A DNA stretch of 64,000 nt from Laetmonice hystrix (taxonomy: Eukaryota): contig OZ249436.1 of assembly GCA_965235115.1 (NCBI GenBank), positions 15,068,001-15,132,000 of the forward strand, in the 5' to 3' direction. Below, one piece after another: positions 54,201-63,200 of the stretch (the stretch's first letter is position 1; every line of letters starts with the position of its first letter). The position numbers were made by a program, and so were the translations under genes. The notes below the pieces were generated by a model. The model was not told the origin of the DNA, did not search any database, and saw only the letters and a list, made by a program, of their open reading frames with translations.

Positions 54201-57200
54201 GTTAGATTACGTAGATCGGTTGTGGGCACACATATAGTATGTGTTAGATTATGTAGATTGGTTGGGGGCATACATATAGTATGTGTTAGATTACGTAGAT
54301 CGGTTGTGGGCACACATAATAGTATGTGTTAGATTACGTAGATCGCATATTATTAGGTTGTAATGGCATGAAGAAGAAGTGTGATGGCTGTGATGCCGAT
54401 GCGTCCAGTGATGAGATTGACCATGGAACCAGACAGTGTCCTCAGAGTTTGTCGCTGCATGACTTGGCCTCGAAATCAGACGTGCACCCGGTAGAATGGT
54501 AGGAGAATCTGGCTGATATTGGTCCCGCTACCGGTAGGCCGGCTAATGAGTCACGTCCCACTTGCGTATCCTCGCAATTAGACTGGCTGACACTTTCATC
54601 AAGGCTCGCAGAACCTGATTTGGTTCAAGGTTCTTTCTTTGAATTTGATAGTAATTCCTGTTGACATCATCTGTTTTTTGATAAAGGTGATCACATGTAT
54701 ATGGCACTTAGGGGCCGACCATTTAACTTTGATGTGGGGGGGGGGAAGAAGATTTCATGAATAAATTTTCCGGCTCCAATTTCTTCGAAAAAAAATAATT
54801 TGGCTGCCCCTGTCATTGAATAGAGGTGCATTGAAATGTCTAAAAAAGGTTCCGGCTCTGAAATTGTGTGAAAGAAATATTCTGTCCAAACTAAATCTTC
54901 CTACCCCCCCCCCCCCATCAAAGTTAAATGGTCCGCCCCTTATGCATCAGTTTTAAGCATACCGGTAGTGTAAAAAAAGGGTTATTCAATGTTATTCAAA
55001 AGGTTCTGGTGATACATCACGTTTAGGATTTAGAACCTTTACTTGCTTTAGCATAGCTTAGTTGAGAGCACTTTCTCATTGAAACCTCTTAATACGGAAA
55101 TCTTTTTCAGGAACAAAGCAATTTGTATACATTTAGATTCTAGGCAACTGAAGTGGGGGCATAGGCCTAACAACTTATGGAAGAGGGGGCCTAACCCAAT
55201 ACTTTGATTGGGTGCAAAGGGTCGCAGCAGAACTCAGTAATTTGTCTTTCAGTGTGGAAGGAGTTAGCAGCAACATCTGGAGAAATGGATGTGTTAACCA
55301 ACGTCTTTACATTTTACATGAAACAGTGCCGCGCATTCTTGTCACACAGGGCAGTGTTGAATGACAGGCTGGTTAGATCCGACACAATGGAAAAATCCTC
55401 ATCCTAGCATGGTGTTCCTCCGCATTTTATCTTTTTACAAAGCTTGAGACATTGGAATAGTATAGACCAACTGAGCGATTTGACACCAATAAGCTCGTGC
55501 AGTATTGTCACTAGCCATTTTAATGTCTCTTTAGAGCAATTGGTCTTTCAATCTGCACTATGGTTACCAATTTTCATAACACAAACTAATATGAACGTTT
55601 GATATATTTTCAGAGCCGAAGGAAGAGACGTTCTTGTTTGAAGATCAGGTTCAGAAGGCTAACACTAAGGCAACCCCCAAGTATGAGCTTCTTCAGCAGA
55701 ACCTACAGGAGGAAAAGCTCAAGGTGGAGATTAAAAAGGGCAAGCAGCAGCAGCAGCCGGCGGTGGTGGCAGCGGCTGTTCCGGTGGTACCTTGTACAGA
55801 ACCTGAATACGAACACCTCAAGTCCAACCTGATGCAGTACCACTGCGCCAGGATCGGCGAACCCGACTGTACCAGCAACTCACCGCGTGAGTACCACTGA
55901 ACTAAAACAAACGCTGGTTCTCTCTCAGATGGGGCAGCACAACGCCTTTGTAACCAAGGCCTACGTATAAGAACTACCCGGAATGGCTGCAAATGGCAGG
56001 CCGCTTTAAAAAGAAAATACACTCGGTACTCTAATTTCGCTCTTTGGAAAAAAAGGCTCGATACGTGTTTGACGTGTTGCAAGACATATTGTAAAGGTTT
56101 TGTACTGTCGTGGGAGTGCGTCTTTGTCAGAATTAGGAAAAGTCTTCCAGGCACGGGGTTTGGGACTGTTTTAGCGGAGAATTCCCCGCAGGGCTTTGGG
56201 AAGATGAAGGAGGTTAGAATTGCCTTTAATATTCAAGGGTGGTTCCTGATTTCTCCTGGGCATAGAACTTCAGTATTCCAGGTGCCATGCTGCTAGTATT
56301 TAAATTAAATCATATACACTGTATTGTCGTTAACTCGGCCTGGTTTTACTCGGTATTTCACATATGGTGTAGAGAGTTTGAGAGTTGATAGCTGGTATGG
56401 TTCAGGGCCGACGTTTGTATTGGTGTGCCGTTATGTGACACTCAGTAAAAACAAACATCCATAATTTATGAGATTGCGGGATACTTTAGAATCCCCACAT
56501 GGCAGTGAGTTTTGTGTTGCTTTCTGTCGCATCATTATGATAATCACGATTCTTGCCACCTGATACTTTTCTCACCCTTATCCCTGAGTGACAGAAATAC
56601 AAGGAGAGACTTGGTAATGTAACCGGCATTTTAAAACCGTCTGAAGGCCTGGGAATACAGCAAAGCAATTAATAATCTGCATGACATTTTTATAGGAGTT
56701 GTTACGCCGGAAGCATTTTTGCACGTTAGAGATTTTCGTCAAGATGACATTTTCCTCAGTCTGAAAAGTTAGCGTGAAAGATCGCAACGTTTATAACTTT
56801 GGACTGGAACGATGTTAAATACGCACTTTAAACAAATCCAAGTAATTTTCGTGATGGCTTAGTTGAGTGCCAATTGGTTTCCTCCGCGAAAATCCATGTC
56901 TAATGAACATGTGATGTATTAAGTTCTGACCTGTGTTCATATCAAATATTTGTGTACCCCCACGAGCATATATCTCCAGTATATTGAATATTCCAGGGCC
57001 CAGATATTCTTCCCCTTAACACTAACTGTTTGTGTTATATTATTCAACAGGAAAGCAGTTTGTGGCGAACATAATGTTCAACTACTATGACCGAAACAAC
57101 AACCAGGCGTTGGATGAGGCCGAGCTCGAGGACATCGAACACCGTGACCATTTGGAGAAGTTATCCCGATTCTGTAGTCTGACCGACATGTTAACATTTG

Positions 57201-60200
57201 ACGATCTTCAGGAAGATGGAAACATTACACTCCCGGAATTCTATTCGGCATTCAGTGAGTAACATTTAACTCTCATATTTAGGATTTAAAATCAGTCTGT
57301 CGATTTCACAGCTCTGCAAGGTTACAATCACTCATGCTTGTATATATTGAAGGTCTATATAACATAGGGATTAAGGACACTAAAAATTATGTCTATTTGT
57401 TGTGAAAGAAAGGTCAAAGTATGTGGCACATCAAGTGATCATGAAAAAGGTACGGTGGTTGGTGTAAGTTGCCTTGTATTAATGTCTTATTTTTGCAGTT
57501 CTCTTTCTTTCCATATTGTGAGTTTAGTCCTAGTAACGTTTTACTGATGCGCCAAGGATAATGATCGTAGCCACATTGATGGCCATGGGGCATATTTTAC
57601 ATCGAATCTAATGAAGCGAGGCAGGGCGACTGACCTTTATTTACACTGCCAACATTATCATGAATATTGACGTTAGCGCGGGACCGTTGTGGGTTCTGGA
57701 TGATAGAGTCAAATAACCAAGCCTGCTGGGGTTGTTGTTCACGTAAAGTAAGGTGTCTAAACAAACCATGGGACCAGGAAAGATGGCGTTGTGTTATACC
57801 AAGCCTGCTGGGGTTGTTGTTGACGTAAATTAAGGTGTCTAAACAAACCATGGGACCAGGAAAGATGGCGTTGTGTTCAGAAAGTATGGTGTCTAAACAA
57901 ACCATGGTACCAGGAAAGATGACGTTGTGTTCGGAAAGTAAGGTGTCTAAACAAACCATGGTACCAGGAAAGATGGCGTTGTGTTCGGAAAGTAAGGTGT
58001 CTAAACAAACCATGGGACCAGGAAAGATGGCGTTGTGTTCGGAAAGTAAGGTGTCTAAACAAACCATGGTACCAGGAAAGATGGCGTTGTGTTCGGAAAG
58101 TAAGGTGTCTAAACAAACCATGGTACCAGGAATGATGGCGTTGTGTTCGGAAAGTAAGGTGTCTAAACAAACCATTGGACCAGGAAAGATGGCGTTGTGT
58201 TCGGAAAGTAAGGTGTCTAAACAAACCATGGGACCAGGAAAGATGGCGTTGTGTTCGGAAAGTAAGGTGTCTAAACAAACCATGGTACCAGGAAAGATGG
58301 CGTTGTGTTCGGAGCAGATTATTGATGGCATTGCAATGAAGGTCTGAAAAAACATGAAGATATTCGGACTTGTGAGATGAGGTGTTCGATCATTAAACGA
58401 CATCATTCGGTTTGTTCTTTCCTGATTATCTGTTAGTGTCCCTTGTATATGAATAATATTTCTGTCATCTAGGAAGTTTTTTTTATCGATACAATGTTGT
58501 TCCGATTATGACTGTCAACGTACCGGTATTCCCTGATACATATTCCCATTTATATACTACTCGATAATAAATTTAAATCGGTTCGGGAAGAAATTTGTCT
58601 TGCAAAGCGTCACAACGGACCTAATTTGTTTGAGCACAAAGAAGAATGTTCCTTTTTTTACGAAAGCATAGATTGTACCATAAAGTTCTTATGTCCCCCT
58701 TGGGATTTTGTCAAATATAGAAAGCCTCGTCAATCAGCGTGGCGGGGACGTCGGGAAACATGGTGATATATCATACACCGTCATCCATTACAGCTCGGTG
58801 TTGGATGAGTTTACATAGGTTTTATCCTCACACGGCCGGTGTTAATTACCGAACATCCTACTCTGAGTTTGCATCTTGAGCATTAAACACAGTAAATTAA
58901 TCATATCAGTGGCGCAATAATAGCTTGCTGTTGTAACCTCCTGTCGGTTCTATACCATTCCAAGTTGCGAACGTGCAGGTATATGGCGCTTTAACCCTTT
59001 GGTATATCCTCATATAGGCCTAATGTTGGTTGCTTTGAACCAGCCAGTAGGAGGCGCCCAGGCCAGTGCTAGGGATGGAGGTAGGAAAGCAATGAGAGAC
59101 TGAACCAAAGTTGTCATGGCAACCTGGAGACATGCCACCTGTAAGTCATCCGGGAAACTGTTGGTGTCAAACATCTGTTACGACTGGCGGGGACAGAGCA
59201 GGGAGGTCGTGAGGCCGCCTTTAATCTAATTGTCATCCTTCTATTGTTTGAGGACGCACTCGTAGAGGGATTGCTCTATTACACAATCAAGTGGCCGTTG
59301 TGGTTAAAAATAGAATGTGTTCCATTCCATTGTTTCTCATCCAGTCCTCTATACAGAACGTTTATAGAGATTATACATCATTTAATTGGGATTAGACAGG
59401 TCTATTAGAGTGAGATTGGTGTCATCAAAACGTTGTACAGAATTCATAATGAGATAGAATAAACAATAGAAAGGTGCATTTTCTCCAGACCATCAATTAA
59501 CAGTAGTCAGTAGGGAACCACGGATTATAGCGGTAAAGTAAAAGGCGTGCATTAACAATGGTTAGTGGCTGGGATATAGATATAGACGCTGATCACTAAG
59601 AGCCTCGGGCCCAGTGACGTTTTACTTTCTCTTACATAGATTGCTATCTGTGATAACAGATGTTTATAATGATTAGGATATTTGGCGTATTGTGATTCGT
59701 GAGCAGATCTATTGAGATAGTCACCAAAGCTCTACCCTCCAGGTATCCTGGAATGTCGGGAATATAACATAGTTAGAATACTACATGACAAAGCGAGCGG
59801 AGGAGACATAGGAATCTAGGCGAGACATACTCCAGCCCTCCGGGCTTGTCTCGAGTTGTTCGGTACGTCCCTGTTCCCAGGCAGAGTCTATTATGAAGCA
59901 TCTATTGATCATACAATCAGCTGGTATGATCTACTCTCTGTATTATTCTCTCATGATTGATGCCTCCATCTCCATTTCATCGGATATGGAAGATGAAAAT
60001 GGAGCATATTTCAATTTAAGCCTTTTTTTACAGCAAATGATGGTAGGAGAAGATCATAATTTAAATGTTGAAAAAAGCCGCAGTAAACATGTGGGATCCC
60101 ATCCTATTTGATAAGCCGATAGCGTAACTATGATAATGGAATACAGCGTCGTGTTCTTTAAGAAACTCATTTGAAAAAGATGTTCTTCTGCCAAACGGAG

Positions 60201-63200
60201 GCAGAGAATAAAGGCACAGTTTTGTTTTATTTTGATCTCTCTCTTTTTTAATAAATTACTATGAAAGAATAGAGGTGAATTGGAGACTGAGAATCGTTGC
60301 CGCTGCAATGAATCTGATTGTGTATCTGGTAGAAATTATACAATCGTAATAAATTATTATGACAGTTCTAAAACAAGGTTTTTCATTGTAAGGAATTAAC
60401 CGACTGTTTGAAAGCTCCCTGCTGGTGTGGCTTGGAAGCCTTATAGCATTTAACCAAACGAATTATTTCCAACACTGTAATAATGTAGGCCTAATGCACA
60501 TAATAATCGGCAAGGTTCTTGTTCTTGAAGTCATCTCCAAGGTGAATAGAGTCAAAGAAACATGTTGGAACTAAAGGGTTTATAGGGGAATGAAAACTCA
60601 GCGTAAAATTTTACTTTATGCATTTAACCACACATCACACGAATGAGCAGAATATTAAGACCTGGGGCTATCTCCAAGGTCATGTCAGTGCATTATCAAC
60701 ACCTTATCAAGGTAACTCGTGGCTGTGTTATAACAGGAGTTCCTACGGTTCTACTGGATGAAGACCTCAAGGTCTTCACAACCCGGGTTACAGCAGGAAA
60801 CAGTATCGAACTCAAGTGTGACATCAAGGGGGCCGTCGAGATCATCTGGAAGCGAAACTCCGCCATTCTCGACGATTCTACCACGTCAGAAATCAAGGTA
60901 CGCCAGCAGCTATACTGACCCTGACCCTCTATATTAAAGGAACTATGTCACGGGTGGTATCGATCGAAATCTTCAGTTTTCTGCCTACCTGCTCACCACT
61001 GACGTACTTTATGGCACTGATTGTTTTTCATATTGATTCTGTTAACACATACTACGAGTAGACAGCTGTGAAATTCTACCTAATGTAGAAAAATGAATAA
61101 AACTAGCTGCAGTGTCCGCAAAGTGCGATGAATCCGTCATCTAAGTAGATAATTAAACAAATCAATAAATAAGTAAATAACAAATCTATAAAATGATAGT
61201 GGGACTATAATGGCCCATCCGCCGATCGTCTGAAAAGGGTGCAAAACACAGCCGGCTGCAAGTCACGGGGTATCGGAATCTAAGCGTGTCATTTTCAGTA
61301 ACCGCATTAAGAATCGGCGATTTCTTTTTATAAAATACCGGCCAAAGCTACAGGTAGGGGACCTTTGGGCATATCGGAGAAGCGGAATGCAAACATATTT
61401 TTGCTGAAACACGACGTATTATTTGAAATTCGTGACATATTATACCTTTAGGCCTAAGTGGTGATTCTCCCAGTACCACGTCAGATAAAGATAACGTATT
61501 TTTGGCGACAGTAGGCTTTGAAAGAGAGAAGGCAGAATAGTTATTTTTGGTGATTAGCATTGAAATTGAAAGTATCTTTTCCATCTGATGATAAAATCAG
61601 GGTTTATTTTTCAGACGTTTGACGATGGTTCGCTGTACATCTCCAACCTTGGTCTGCATCATATGGGGAATTACACGTGTCAGGACCGCTACAACGAACA
61701 TGTCATCCAGACGCACATACTGCGCGTTCAGTGTAAGCTATTATACACCTAGAGATTGTTTCTACCGATAAAATCTCAACACCCTGGAATTATATGTAGA
61801 TACCGGGTGCTAGAGAACGGCACCATTATAATCTTTCATATGAATACGGTCTGCTTTAGCTTACCAGGGAATGAACTAGGTTAAGGACACATTCAATACA
61901 AAGTAGGAGGGGGCTACGTGTGAAATTATGTATACAAGGAGGCAAACTGAGAGGTATCTGTGAGATTCAGTAGTGCTCGACGCCCCCAAGGTCACGTTAA
62001 TGAACGTTGTGTTGAGAGAGATGTGTTTGCCGACATACAGTGGCGCCGCGCGTGCGGGTTAGTCCGTCGACCCAGTTCCACACGTCGGGTTCTTCCGTCA
62101 CCCTCAAGTGTCACGCCGACGGCGTCCCAGAACCGGAAGTCATGTGGGAGATGAACGAGGCCCCGCTCACCAACGACCCCACCGAACAGCACTACGTGCG
62201 CATGCGTGAGTATCCGGCTCCCCTCTCTCTGTCTCTCTCTGACGGCAAACGTTTTATCGGCCTACTAATGGCGTGGAAAAGGTATACCTCAAATATACTA
62301 ATGTCACATTCGTAAGGTCGTACTCGAAGAATAAATCCTAGTCGTATCATTTGATATAAAGATAGAATTAATCTTCCCACAGATAACAACGCGACCCTTG
62401 AGATTCGCCAGGCAGTGTACACTAAGGACACAGGAGCATACAAATGTAAAGCCCGTAACTCGGCTGGTCAGGGCCAAGATATCGCTACAGTCTTCATTGA
62501 GAACTCGCACGTTCCCAAATATTACACAAGTAAGTCGCCCTGATGAACAAGTTTCTCGGTCTATATCAGAAAATATTCCATCATTAGTAAAACCAGGATC
62601 AACAAATCGACGCGGATGCGGAGTTTCCGCTCAAATGACTTACTCTGTAAGTAGTATACCGAAATGTGCACCTGTAGCAGGCGCCCGGGCTATCCCATAA
62701 AAAAGGGCGGATCTTTGTAAAGGTTTATATACTTTGATATTGAATTTGTTTGCAGGCGAGGATATGTATGAGGTATTCCTGGTATTCCACGACAAGGGTT
62801 ACACGGCCTACGAGCCGACCCACTGTCACATTGAGCACCAGGTGTCGGGTTCATTCAGCATGTTCAAACTTCTACCCGAATACGGCGAGACGATGGCGAC
62901 ACTGTGCCCGGATAGCGAACCGTGCTCATGGGGCGACGCTGTCAACGTACGAAACAAGTTCATCTACATAACACAACCCAAACTCAACCGGGTCATCGTC
63001 GTCGAGATCCAGGACCGGTCTAACCCTGTCGAGGTCAGTGTGAGGCATTTATACAGGAAAAAAAACGATCTTTCCAGGGCGATTCGTCATTGTCATGATA
63101 ACATGGTGAAATATTGCCCCATTGTAGATCGGTATGTGACTGACAGCTTGTTGTGTCTGCAGGTGATCCCAACAGACAAGGTACCCGTATCGGTGCACTA

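Noticed and set aside
53375..54332. ORFs with PTTDLRNLTHTIC repeats
   Set aside because: Translation of the 42-bp minisatellite; frames break at 43-bp and shortened units; no splice or domain support.
53497..54344. CRISPR-like array of palindromic repeats
   Set aside because: Units are head-to-tail with no unique spacers, no cas genes, and the context is a eukaryotic intron.
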